Of a stretch of 52,800 nucleotides of DNA, positions 1 to 8,381 are shown piece after piece. A program made the translations under genes and the position numbers. This DNA comes from Candidatus Falkowbacteria bacterium (lineage in GTDB: Bacteria > Patescibacteriota > Patescibacteriia > Patescibacteriales > UBA12465). Numbering within the stretch: the stretch's first letter is position 1; each line of letters starts with the position of its first letter. The stretch lies in assembly GCA_903847415.1 (NCBI GenBank), contig CAINDR010000021.1, forward strand, positions 1-52,800, given 5' to 3'. Below the pieces are notes generated by a model. It saw nothing but the letters and a program-made list of their open reading frames with translations. It was not told where the DNA came from and did no database searches.

Positions 1-40
1 AGGCCTGTAGTGTAAACCTTTCGCTGCAATGCTACATTTC

Positions 41-69
41 TTGACAATTCCAATAACTTATATTAATAT
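41..69 (+). promoter_or_regulatory. sigma70-type promoter for lipoprotein gene
   Basis: TTGACA (41-46), 17 nt spacer, TAATAT (64-69). Confidence 0.55.
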
Positions 70-117
70 TATAATATAGTTAGTAAAATCAAATTCATTA
101 ATAAATAAATAGAAATC

Positions 118-618
118 ATGAAAAAGTTTTTTTTCATTTTTGTAGTGATCGGATTATTATTATCCGCCTGCGAAAAGGAGAAGGTGGTGAAACCGCCTGA
201 TCCTCCGCCAGTAATTAGTAACATCAAAGTAACTGGATCCTTAGATTTTCCAGCCCCAGGTGTGCCTTCCGGGCTTGATGTCAGGATCGTTATTCTGAGA
301 AATGGCAGAAGTTTTGAATGCTCGGAGCCAAGTATGCTTCGGTCCAACGCTAGTGCATCAGATTTTTCGGTTAATTTGCCCGCTTCCTTCAATTATTTGA
401 AGGGAACCACCAAGGAAATTGTATTCCGGGTGGATTATTATTATAATCTGGCAAGTTGGGGTGCAATCATCATCAAACCAGTAACTTTCACTGATAGTGA
501 TACTACTGATTATGTGGTGAATGTGGATTTGGGGAAAATCGGTTTCAGTGATTATGACTGGTTTAGTGTTCCAAAATTAGAAATGGTAGTTCTTCCTTCG
601 GGTGAGAAATACTATTAG
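118..618 (+). CDS. hypothetical lipoprotein
   Basis: MKK + hydrophobic stretch + lipobox LLSAC, then Pro-rich linker (KPPDPPP) and beta-rich domain. Confidence 0.7.
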   Translation: MKKFFFIFVVIGLLLSACEKEKVVKPPDPPPVISNIKVTGSLDFPAPGVPSGLDVRIVILRNGRSFECSEPSMLRSNASASDFSVNLPASFNYLKGTTKEIVFRVDYYYNLASWGAIIIKPVTFTDSDTTDYVVNVDLGKIGFSDYDWFSVPKLEMVVLPSGEKYY

Positions 619-685
619 TCAGTAACAAATTAAATGTGCTGTTTAGAACAGCAAGAAAGGAAAAACATGTTTTACGATGAGAAAT

Positions 686-726
686 AACCCGAGTTAATTT
701 AGATTATTCTAGATGCTCGGGTTTTT
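686..726 (+). terminator. probable intrinsic terminator
   Basis: AACCCGAGT...GCTCGGGTT stem followed by T-tract. Confidence 0.55.
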
Positions 727-833
727 ATTATTTATGGGGTTTAATGGTCAACAGATCAATTAAGAGCTATGATATAAAATAATAGTTATTTTTTTAAAAA
801 CAACTTCAGTGTCCTTAATTAAAATAATTTTTT

Positions 834-1307
834 ATGTTAACTTTTCGATCTATTAAAATTAATCACACCAACCTTCCTGAACTAGCACATCTGATTTCTC
901 GGACTTATCAGAGTTTCAATAATCAAGAAGGTAGTCCACAAGCAGTTAAGAACTACCTCCAACAGTTTAATCTAGAGGAAAATTCATTAGCTGATTTACA
1001 AAAAAGATTTAATTCTTCAACTATTAATTTTGCTGCTTTTGTTGATGGTAAAATGGTTGGGATTGTTCGGGGGAGAAAAGATCGGCTTGTGAATTTGTTT
1101 GTTGCTGGAGAATTTCATCGTCAAGGAATCGGTCGAGAATTGGTGCGCCGTTTTGAAGAATCTGCCAAAAAAGAGCAAGCCAAAGTGATTAAAATCAGAG
1201 CCTCCTTATTTGCTAGGGAATTTTATGGTCGATTGGGCTATCAAAAAACAACAGGAGTGAGAATGTTTCATGGATTAAAAATTCAGCCAATGAAGAAAGT
1301 GTTATGA
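834..1307 (+). CDS. GNAT family N-acetyltransferase
   Basis: Motif A LFVAGEFHRQGIGREL and motif B AREFYGRLGY. Confidence 0.9.
   Translation: MLTFRSIKINHTNLPELAHLISRTYQSFNNQEGSPQAVKNYLQQFNLEENSLADLQKRFNSSTINFAAFVDGKMVGIVRGRKDRLVNLFVAGEFHRQGIGRELVRRFEESAKKEQAKVIKIRASLFAREFYGRLGYQKTTGVRMFHGLKIQPMKKVL
1109..1303 (+). repeat. direct repeat copy 1 (GNAT 3' end), left flank of island 1
   Basis: 195 bp matching 4959-5153; 14 mismatches by manual alignment, mostly synonymous. Confidence 0.95.
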
Positions 1308-1399
1308 GTTTTTTAGGGTAAATTAGTTAGTAGCCAATCTTGTTACCAGGGCCAAAAATATAGATTATAACAACGTTTTTAACAATAATTTGTAGATTA

Positions 1400-1428
1400 T
1401 TGACTTGTAGATACTTTTTTGCTATCAT
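1400..1428 (+). promoter_or_regulatory. promoter of ATPase-RloB operon
   Basis: TTGACT-N17-TATCAT with extended TG. Confidence 0.6.
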
Positions 1429-1449
1429 ATAGATATAAATAATAAATAT

Positions 1450-2667
1450 ATGATTCATTCATTTTCGTGCAAAAACTTTTATTCTTTTAGTGAACTTACT
1501 GTTGTCGATTTTTCTGTGAACGACAAGGCGCCTGTTAATAAAAGCTATTTTACAGCCCCCTCTGGAAATCGTCTTTCTAAGATTGAAACCGTGGTGGGAC
1601 CAAATGCGTCCGGCAAGACAAATCTCTTAAAAGTTTTGCCTTTTTTGAAGTGGCTGATCTCGGATTCATTTATCGCCAATCCACTATCCTCTTTGCCGGT
1701 AAAGCCTTTTTTATTTGGTGAATTAAAAAGCAAACCAACTGAACTCTCAGTTGATTTTGAAATTAATGGGAATATTTATTCTTATCGCTTTGTTTTGACT
1801 GAAAGCAAAATATTAGCAGAAGAACTACGGGTTAAAAATAAAACTAAACAAAAAATTACTAGCAAAAAGCTATTCTCTCGTCAGTGGGACCAAAAAACAG
1901 AAAAATACATTCTTGATGACAAAAACTTTAATTTGCCAAAAGATTTTGATAACTTACTTCGAACTAATGCTAGTGTCATTAGCGTTGCTGTTCGATTAAA
2001 TCACAAAGGCAGTCAAGATATTTTAAATTTTTGGCAGAAAGTTGAAACAAACGTTGTCGAAGCGGGCTGGGTTGGTGATCATTTGTTGCCAAATTCCGGA
2101 CAACAATTAATTGAAGCCCTAGATTTTTATAGCGATGATAAAAATGAAATTTTAAAGAAAGAGGCAGAAAAATTACTATCTCGTTTTGATTTAGGATTAG
2201 AATCTTTTGAGATAAAAAAAGAAAAAAAGGAAAATGGGCTGTCGCTAAATGTAAAGGTTTCTCACTCATTTAAAGGACACATTGAAAACCTCCCGATGCA
2301 ATATGAATCATCTGGTACTAAACAACTATTTGTCTTATTAAAAACAATTCTACTCGTTCTAAATAATGGCGGTGTTGCAATTTTGGATGAATTTGATGTT
2401 AACTTACATCCCGATATAGTTATGTCGTTATTTGAATTATTTATTCAGTCAGAAACAAATCCAAAGAATGCCCAAATATTGTTTAGCACTCATAGTCATC
2501 GGATACTAAGCCGTTTAGACAAATATCAAATCATTTTTGCTGAAAAAAATAAAAAAGGAGCTAGTGAATCTTGGCGTTTAGATGAAATGGGAAGTAGTGT
2601 TCGTGCTGATGACAATTATTATACAAAATATATCGCTGGCGCATATGGATCTGTTCCTAAATTGTAA
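1450..2667 (+). CDS. AAA_21/ABC-type ATPase (AbiLi/RloA-like)
   Basis: Walker A GPNASGKTN, signature ESSGTKQ, Walker B ILDEFD, STH motif, C-terminal YIAGAYGSVP; adjacent to RloB-like gene. Confidence 0.85.
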   Translation: MIHSFSCKNFYSFSELTVVDFSVNDKAPVNKSYFTAPSGNRLSKIETVVGPNASGKTNLLKVLPFLKWLISDSFIANPLSSLPVKPFLFGELKSKPTELSVDFEINGNIYSYRFVLTESKILAEELRVKNKTKQKITSKKLFSRQWDQKTEKYILDDKNFNLPKDFDNLLRTNASVISVAVRLNHKGSQDILNFWQKVETNVVEAGWVGDHLLPNSGQQLIEALDFYSDDKNEILKKEAEKLLSRFDLGLESFEIKKEKKENGLSLNVKVSHSFKGHIENLPMQYESSGTKQLFVLLKTILLVLNNGGVAILDEFDVNLHPDIVMSLFELFIQSETNPKNAQILFSTHSHRILSRLDKYQIIFAEKNKKGASESWRLDEMGSSVRADDNYYTKYIAGAYGSVPKL

Positions 2668-2679
2668 TTATGTAAAAAT

Positions 2680-3150
2680 ATGTCGAGAACCAATCCCTAT
2701 AAAAAAAAGAAGCGCCAAGCAAGCAAAACTCTTTTGGTGTTTGGTGAAGGTTTTAACGAAGAAATGTTTTTAAAGCATTTAAGGGCTTTGTATTCCTATG
2801 AGAGTAATGTAGCGATAACCGTTAAGAAAGGTAAGGGTGGAGACGCCCAAAATATAATAATTGATGCTGATAAAATATTAGGTAGCTATGATCGGAAAAT
2901 AGTAGTTCTTGATAATGATAAATCGAAAGTCGAAATGCTTAAAGCAAGAAAGGAAGCTCAAGATAGAAACATTGAACTGATTGAAAATACACCTTGCTTA
3001 GAAAGCCTGTTATTATCGATTCTTGAAAAAAAACCAAGCGGAAAAACTTCTGCGTGGTGTAAAAGTGAATTTGAAGAGAAATATCTGGATCAGAAAAAGC
3101 GAGGAGAGCCTAACGAATACATAAAATTATTTCCGAAGAAGTTGCTATAA
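2680..3150 (+). CDS. RloB-like (TOPRIM-related) protein, possibly truncated by a premature TAA
   Basis: Basic N-terminus, VFGEG..EEMFL, VVLDND and NTPCLE motifs; frame stays open for 19 more codons after the TAA, to 3210. Confidence 0.75.
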   Translation: MSRTNPYKKKKRQASKTLLVFGEGFNEEMFLKHLRALYSYESNVAITVKKGKGGDAQNIIIDADKILGSYDRKIVVLDNDKSKVEMLKARKEAQDRNIELIENTPCLESLLLSILEKKPSGKTSAWCKSEFEEKYLDQKKRGEPNEYIKLFPKKLL

Positions 3151-3272
3151 GCACGAAGGTTAAAAATAATAGAATTAAATAAATTGATTTTAATTATGGA
3201 GGGGAAATAAATAACTTAATTTCTAGAATCTAACGCAACAACTAAGAATGCTGAATAATCTCTGTTGATAAT

Positions 3273-3869
3273 ATGAAAAAAGATAATCAAACTAAATCGC
3301 CGATTAATGTTGGTGAGGATTTAAAACCTAGTCAGACTCTTAGTATTGTTTGGAAAAGTTTTTTACCAAAAAGTAAAATTCTTGATTTGGGTTGTGGGGC
3401 AGGAGTCGACTCTCTATTTTTAGCACAAAATAATTTTTTAGTAACCGCAGTTGATCATTCCGCACCAGCAATACGTGAGTTAAAAAAATTTGACTACAAA
3501 AATTTAGAGGTGATTCTTGATGATATAAGAAGTTTTTCTATCACTAAATCTTCTTATGATGTCGTTATTTGTCGTAATGTTTTAAATTTTATAGACAAAA
3601 AAGATGCAAATAAAAAGATTGAGGAAATTATAACTAACATTTCCAAAGGGTCATATGTGATTATTGAGGTATTCACTAATAACGATCCCAGTTTTTTAGG
3701 AGAGAATCGATTTGCTTGTTACTTTGAAGAACAAGAACTTCTTAAAATTTTTAGTAGTTTTAAGATTTTATATTACCTTGAAAACATGATTTTAGACCAA
3801 GGGCACCCTGGATTTCCTGCGCCACATCGTCATGGTGTGGCTAGAATTATTGCTCAAAAATTAAATTAA
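3273..3869 (+). CDS. class I SAM-dependent methyltransferase (TehB-like)
   Basis: ILDLGCGAG motif I, VTAVD, and C-terminal PHRHGVARIIAQK. Confidence 0.85.
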   Translation: MKKDNQTKSPINVGEDLKPSQTLSIVWKSFLPKSKILDLGCGAGVDSLFLAQNNFLVTAVDHSAPAIRELKKFDYKNLEVILDDIRSFSITKSSYDVVICRNVLNFIDKKDANKKIEEIITNISKGSYVIIEVFTNNDPSFLGENRFACYFEEQELLKIFSSFKILYYLENMILDQGHPGFPAPHRHGVARIIAQKLN

Positions 3870-3968
3870 GTTAAATAAACATCAAAAAATAAATAAAAAA
3901 TTTAATACTGATCTTGTATCAATTGAGGATATTAAAAGTCAGATTATTGTTGAAATTTTAAAAAATAT

Positions 3969-4430
3969 ATGAACAACATTAGCTTGGGCGTAAGAGCTTT
4001 AATTAAAACTGATAAAGGTTTAATTATGGTCGAGCATAATGAGGAAAAAAATGGAGAAATTTTAATTTTTCCTGGTGGCGGCATGGAGTCTGGTGAAAAT
4101 ATTTTCAAGGCTATTGAAAGAGAGGTAAAAGAAGAAACTAATTTAATAGTTAAGTCTGAAAAAATTATCTATATTCGTGAAACTTTTTATAATGGGGATA
4201 GTGGTATCGAATTCTATATTATCTGTTCTTTGATTGGTGGAAATTTATTACTAGGAGTTGATCCAGAGTTAGAAGATAATAAACAAATTTTACAAGGAGT
4301 TCGTGAAGTTAATTGGAATGAGATAAAAAATAATAAGTGGTATCCAGAAGAATTGCATGATCGTTTGGAGGGTGATTTAAAAAATAATATTGATACTATT
4401 CTGTATTTAGGGATTAAAGATTTTAGTTAA
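3969..4430 (+). CDS. Nudix hydrolase
   Basis: Nudix box PGGGMESGENIFKAIEREVKEETNL. Confidence 0.9.
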   Translation: MNNISLGVRALIKTDKGLIMVEHNEEKNGEILIFPGGGMESGENIFKAIEREVKEETNLIVKSEKIIYIRETFYNGDSGIEFYIICSLIGGNLLLGVDPELEDNKQILQGVREVNWNEIKNNKWYPEELHDRLEGDLKNNIDTILYLGIKDFS

Positions 4431-4470
4431 ACTCATTAATATTTTTCAATTTTTCAGGGGGATTTTTTTA

Positions 4471-4866
4471 TCACTCTAGTGGAAGACCTGGTCTTCTATT
4501 AGATTCCTGTTTAAAAGCCCACCTTATACCTTTGCCTTGAAGGGGTTCGTCTGGAAATCTAGCAATCACATGAAGGTGCGCATGATTGACGTTTTGTCCT
4601 GCATCAACGCCAATATTCCAACCAATATTATAACCCGAGGGATTATGTTTATCTAAAATAACTTTGACTTCTGGCAGCAGCTCTTTAATGGCTAACCATT
4701 CCTCGGTATTAATATCAAAAGGAGTTAGAGTATGTCGATAAGTGATAATCATTCCAGCGTGCCTGATAATTGGGTCAATACTCTCCACAAAATAACAGAG
4801 GTTATTCTTAGCTAAAATCTCTCCTTTAAGTGTTTCATTTTCCAGGCAAAAGTTGCATTTCTGTAT
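4471..4866 (-). CDS. HIT family nucleotide hydrolase; true start probably near 4866 (ATA), not 4788
   Basis: GQNVNHAHLHVI triad; upstream in-frame IQKCNFCLENE carries the usual N-terminal CxxC. Confidence 0.8.
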   Translation of the reverse strand: MQKCNFCLENETLKGEILAKNNLCYFVESIDPIIRHAGMIITYRHTLTPFDINTEEWLAIKELLPEVKVILDKHNPSGYNIGWNIGVDAGQNVNHAHLHVIARFPDEPLQGKGIRWAFKQESNRRPGLPLE

Positions 4867-4958
4867 ATATTTATAAATATTATCGATTAATTAAAATTTT
4901 ATTTTATCTAACTACATTCAAGATAGTTAATGCATTCGATTAAGTCAACAGGAATTGT

Positions 4959-5157
4959 AGAATTTCATCGTCAAGGAATTGGTCGAGAATTGGTTCGCCT
5001 TTTTGAAGAATCTGCGCGAAAAGATGAAGCCAAAGTGATTAAAATTAGAGCGTCCTTATTTGCTAGAGAATTTTATGGTCGATTGGGCTATCAAAAAACA
5101 ACAGGAGTGAGAATGTTCCATGGACTAAAAATTCAACCAATGAAGAAAGTGTTTTAA
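4959..5157 (+). pseudogene. 3' fragment of GNAT gene (direct repeat copy 2, 4959-5153)
   Basis: Encodes EFHRQGIGREL...PMKKVF, near-identical to the C-terminal 65 aa of 834..1307 and lacking the N-terminus. Confidence 0.9.
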
Positions 5158-5159
5158 AT

Positions 5160-5196
5160 AAAAAATAACCACAACGAGCAGTTGCGGTTATTTTTT
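5160..5196. terminator. bidirectional intrinsic terminator
   Basis: AAAAAATAACCACAAC-GAGCA-GTTGCGGTTATTTTTT between convergent genes. Confidence 0.7.
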
Positions 5197-5309
5197 GTTT
5201 CCTGATTTTGCTTAGTTTTCCAAGATTAATCTTCGGTATCCTTTTTTAGTCTAAGTAGTTAGCCTGTTTTTTAAATAGTTAAATTATATCCACCTTTCTG
5301 TTGCTGAGG

Positions 5310-5639
5310 TTATTTTGTGAGGTAGCGCATAAAAGCTCTGCGGAATTGGCTTTCTTCTTTTGTCTCTTTTTTTTCTTTCTTGGCTTCTTTCTTTGGTTTG
5401 CTTTTTTCTTCTTCTTTAAATTTTGCAAAACGACCATAATACTCATCCCCCGGATCATCTTTCTCAGCTCTTGCCAGTTCTGTTCTCACTTTTTCCAGCT
5501 CCTCTTGATCATTATTTTTGACCATTTCTTTTGCCGATTCTTCGATTTTCTCATCTTTTCTAAAAGCCAAAGAATAATCTTCCGGGTTTGGCTTGATTTC
5601 ATGAGGAGGGAACTCAATTTTATATTGTTCACCGTTCAT
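5310..5639 (-). CDS. hypothetical charged protein
   Basis: E/K-rich ORF with extended -10 TGCTATAAT 6 nt before the ATG. Confidence 0.65.
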   Translation of the reverse strand: MNGEQYKIEFPPHEIKPNPEDYSLAFRKDEKIEESAKEMVKNNDQEELEKVRTELARAEKDDPGDEYYGRFAKFKEEEKSKPKKEAKKEKKETKEESQFRRAFMRYLTK

Positions 5640-5726
5640 AAATAGATTATAGCATTTTTGGATATAATTTGTAATAGGATAATAGTTAATTTTTTTAATT
5701 GACTAGTCTTATTCGGGTTTTATTAA

Positions 5727-5754
5727 AAAGACGCTTTTTGATATAAGCGTCTTT
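5727..5754 (-). terminator. intrinsic terminator
   Basis: AAAGACGCTT-N8-AAGCGTCTTT; T-run on minus strand. Confidence 0.6.
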
Positions 5755-5787
5755 GTTGATGAAATTTTTGTGATTTATTTTTTTAAA

Positions 5788-5943
5788 TCACTTTCTAATG
5801 AAACCGGACACTTTTTTAATCATCGAGATTAAGGCGTGAATCAAGTCGCTTTCTTTTAAATATTGATCGTAATCTTTTGGTGAAAGAAACTTGGCGGTTA
5901 TGGCATCTTCATCATTTTGTAATTGTAAAAGATCTGTAGTCAT
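5788..5943 (-). CDS. small hypothetical protein (51 aa, MTTDLL...)
   Basis: Internal ATG at 5943 lies downstream of TGCTATAAT; terminator follows. Confidence 0.5.
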   Translation of the reverse strand: MTTDLLQLQNDEDAITAKFLSPKDYDQYLKESDLIHALISMIKKVSGFIRK

Positions 5944-6046
5944 GATTACTATTTTTATATGGTTATTTATATTATAGCAAATTATTTTGTTAAAAACCAA
6001 TATTTTGTAAACTATTACTATTCTGAGCGCTTGTTTATTTTTAAAT

Positions 6047-6358
6047 TTAAGTCATTTTAGTCGTTTCAATTTCAATTGCCCTAGTTATCATTTTAGTGTT
6101 AACCATTGACTCTGGACGAGCCACTACCTTTCCGGTTACTGACAAAACCCATTTCACACCAACCTCTTGGGCTAAATTTATTAATTGTTCATTATTTCGT
6201 GATGGATCTAGAGTTATTTGTGTAACACCATAACGATCACGCAAGTCAAGAAAAATTAAAGCACCGACATTACGACGACTGGCAACCCAACCGGTTAAGG
6301 TTATAATGTTACCAATAGATTTGTTCGTCAATTCTCCACAAGTATATGTTCTTAACAT
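6047..6358 (-). pseudogene. aspS: 5' fragment of aspartyl-tRNA synthetase (OB-fold anticodon-binding domain only)
   Basis: MLRTYTCGEL...LTGWVASRRNVGALIFLDLRDRYGVTQ is the bacterial AspRS N-terminus; ends after 103 aa and no catalytic domain follows. Confidence 0.85.
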
Positions 6359-6487
6359 ATGGTTATTATTATAGTAATTATCCCTTAAATCCTATCATGG
6401 GGATAATTTTGTATCAACCGCGTGCTTTGGACCTCATTTTACTTTTTTTCGCAATTATGTTATTGTTGTGTATGAATTTTATAATCC

Positions 6488-6643
6488 ATGGCAACTTACA
6501 AACAGATAATTAAAGGTCTTGGTATACGCCCTGTGATAGGCTTTTTTGGGTATTCAAGTGTCACACTTGTAAAGGATGGAGAAGAAACAATTTTGTTTGA
6601 CACTGGCGGACCCGGAGTAAGATTGCCTCTCCAAAATAGCTGA
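6488..6643 (+). pseudogene. 5' fragment of a metallo-beta-lactamase-fold hydrolase (51 aa)
   Basis: Manual translation MATYKQIIKGLGIRPVIGFFGYSSVTLVKDGEETILFDTGGPGVRLPLQNS*; has ILFDTG motif but no HxHxDH. Confidence 0.6.
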
Positions 6644-6761
6644 TAGTATTTATAATACAATTATAAAAATCAAATCAAGTGAAAGCCGGGACTAAACCAT
6701 TAATACACTTACAAAAATTACCAAAGCACTGAGTGTCAGTGTTGATAAATTAATAAAATAA
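6627..6761 (+). pseudogene. decayed XRE-family HTH regulator remnant
   Basis: Manual translation LSKIADSIYNTIIKIKSSESRD*TINTLTKITKALSVSVDKLIK*; XRE C-terminal pattern with internal stop and no start. Confidence 0.65.
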
Positions 6762-6766
6762 TCTCT

Positions 6767-8245
6767 ATGAATAAAAATGATGCTATTAGTAAAATAACTA
6801 CTCGGGAAGAAAATTTTTCAGAATGGTATTTAGATGTAATTCGTGAAGCAGATTTGGCCGAAAATTCTCCAGTTAGAGGTTCTATGATTATAAAACCTTA
6901 TGGTTATGCTATTTGGGAAAATATACAGAAAGTTTTAGATGGTGAATTTAAAAAACGTGGCACACAAAACGCATATTTTCCACTTCTTATCCCAAAAAGT
7001 TTTCTAGAAAAAGAAGCTGAGCATGTAGAAGGCTTTGCAAAAGAATGTGCGGTTGTCACACATCATAGACTTGAAGAAAAAGATGGGAAGCTTATCCCTG
7101 CAGGTGAGATGGATGAGCCACTTGTTATTCGCCCAACATCAGAGACAATTATTTATGATGCATTTTCCAAATGGATTAATTCATACAGAGATTTACCTCT
7201 CATTATTAACCAATGGTGCAATGTAGTCCGCTGGGAAATGCGTCCAAGGCTTTTTTTGCGTACAACAGAATTTCTCTGGCAGGAAGGACATACAGCTCAT
7301 TCCACAAGAAAAGGGGCGGACGAAAAAACACTTGAAATGCTTGAGGTTTATAGACAGTTTGTCGAAGAGTATTTAGCCGTTTCACTTGTTAAGGGTAAAA
7401 AAACCGAACTAGAAAAATTTCCTGGGGCTGAATACACAGCTACTATTGAGGCCATGATGCAAGATGGTAAGGCTTTGCAGTCGGGGACTTCGCATATGTT
7501 AGCTCAAAATTTTGCAAAATCTTTTAACGTTTCGTTTTTAGATGAAAATCAAGAGAAACAATATGTATGGCAAACAAGTTGGGGTCTTAGTACAAGAATT
7601 ATTGGCGCTCTTATTATGTCGCATTCTGATGACAAGGGTCTCGTTCTACCACCAAAAATCGCTCCAATACAAGTCGTGATAATTCCAATTTGGACCAATG
7701 ACGGCGAAAAGAATGTTGTCTTTGCAGAAGTACAGAAAATTAAAAACGAATTTGAAGCTGGTGGAATTACATGTAAAACGGATGACAGAGAAGGGAGACC
7801 TGGCCCCAAGTATTTTGAATGGGAACGAAAAGGTGTTCCACTTCGCATTGAGATTGGTCCTAAAGATGTTCAAAAACAGTCAGTGATTATTGTTGATAGG
7901 ATTACAGGTAAAAAAGAGTGTGTCTTAAACACAAATATAGCTATCAGTGTAAAAGAAAGCTTGGAACAAATACAAAAAACATTACTTGAAAATTCAAGAA
8001 AATTTCGATTAGAAAATACTCGTGAGGTCTTAGATTATGAGGAGTTTAAGAAAGTTATAAATGAAAAAAAAGGATTTATTTTTGCTCATTTGTGTTCAGA
8101 CAAAAATTGTGAAGAAAAAATAAAAGAAGAAACAAACGCAAGTACAAGATGTATTCCTTTTGATGGAGGGTTGGGTGATACTGGTAAGTGTATTTTTTGT
8201 AAAAAAGATGCACAAAACAAAGTCCTATTCGCAAAGTCATATTAA
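6767..8245 (+). CDS. proS: proline--tRNA ligase, archaeal/eukaryotic type
   Basis: RPTSET, VVRWE, FLRTTEFLWQEGHT, QTSWG motifs; C-terminal Zn-like domain ending FAKSY. Confidence 0.97.
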   Translation: MNKNDAISKITTREENFSEWYLDVIREADLAENSPVRGSMIIKPYGYAIWENIQKVLDGEFKKRGTQNAYFPLLIPKSFLEKEAEHVEGFAKECAVVTHHRLEEKDGKLIPAGEMDEPLVIRPTSETIIYDAFSKWINSYRDLPLIINQWCNVVRWEMRPRLFLRTTEFLWQEGHTAHSTRKGADEKTLEMLEVYRQFVEEYLAVSLVKGKKTELEKFPGAEYTATIEAMMQDGKALQSGTSHMLAQNFAKSFNVSFLDENQEKQYVWQTSWGLSTRIIGALIMSHSDDKGLVLPPKIAPIQVVIIPIWTNDGEKNVVFAEVQKIKNEFEAGGITCKTDDREGRPGPKYFEWERKGVPLRIEIGPKDVQKQSVIIVDRITGKKECVLNTNIAISVKESLEQIQKTLLENSRKFRLENTREVLDYEEFKKVINEKKGFIFAHLCSDKNCEEKIKEETNASTRCIPFDGGLGDTGKCIFCKKDAQNKVLFAKSY

Positions 8246-8381
8246 AATATGATGAAAAAGTTTAACGGATATTATGAAGCTATTAATTATCTATAAGTAT
8301 CGACAGGGCGCTGCTGTTAATTTATGCTATAATTGTTAATAGCCTTGATTTCCTTAAGTTTTAATGGCAAAATAAGCAAAT

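Larger units (their letters stand above)
1304..4958. mobile_element. putative genomic island 1 (AbiL/RloAB-like pair, methyltransferase, Nudix, HIT), no integrase
   Basis: Accessory genes bracketed by a 195-bp direct repeat of the GNAT gene 3' end. Confidence 0.65.

Noticed and set aside
4930-4958. ATG giving a 75-aa GNAT-like ORF
   Set aside because: The first 10 codons are unrelated sequence outside the repeat; treated as a gene fragment, not a gene.
1304-4958. Integron-like cassette array (GNAT, methyltransferase, Nudix, HIT are typical cassette cargo)
   Set aside because: No integron integrase, no recognisable repeated attC sites, and mixed gene orientation.
5301-5645. 114-aa Phe-rich plus-strand ORF
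   Set aside because: Antisense shadow of the E/K-rich 5310..5639 gene, which has the promoter signal.
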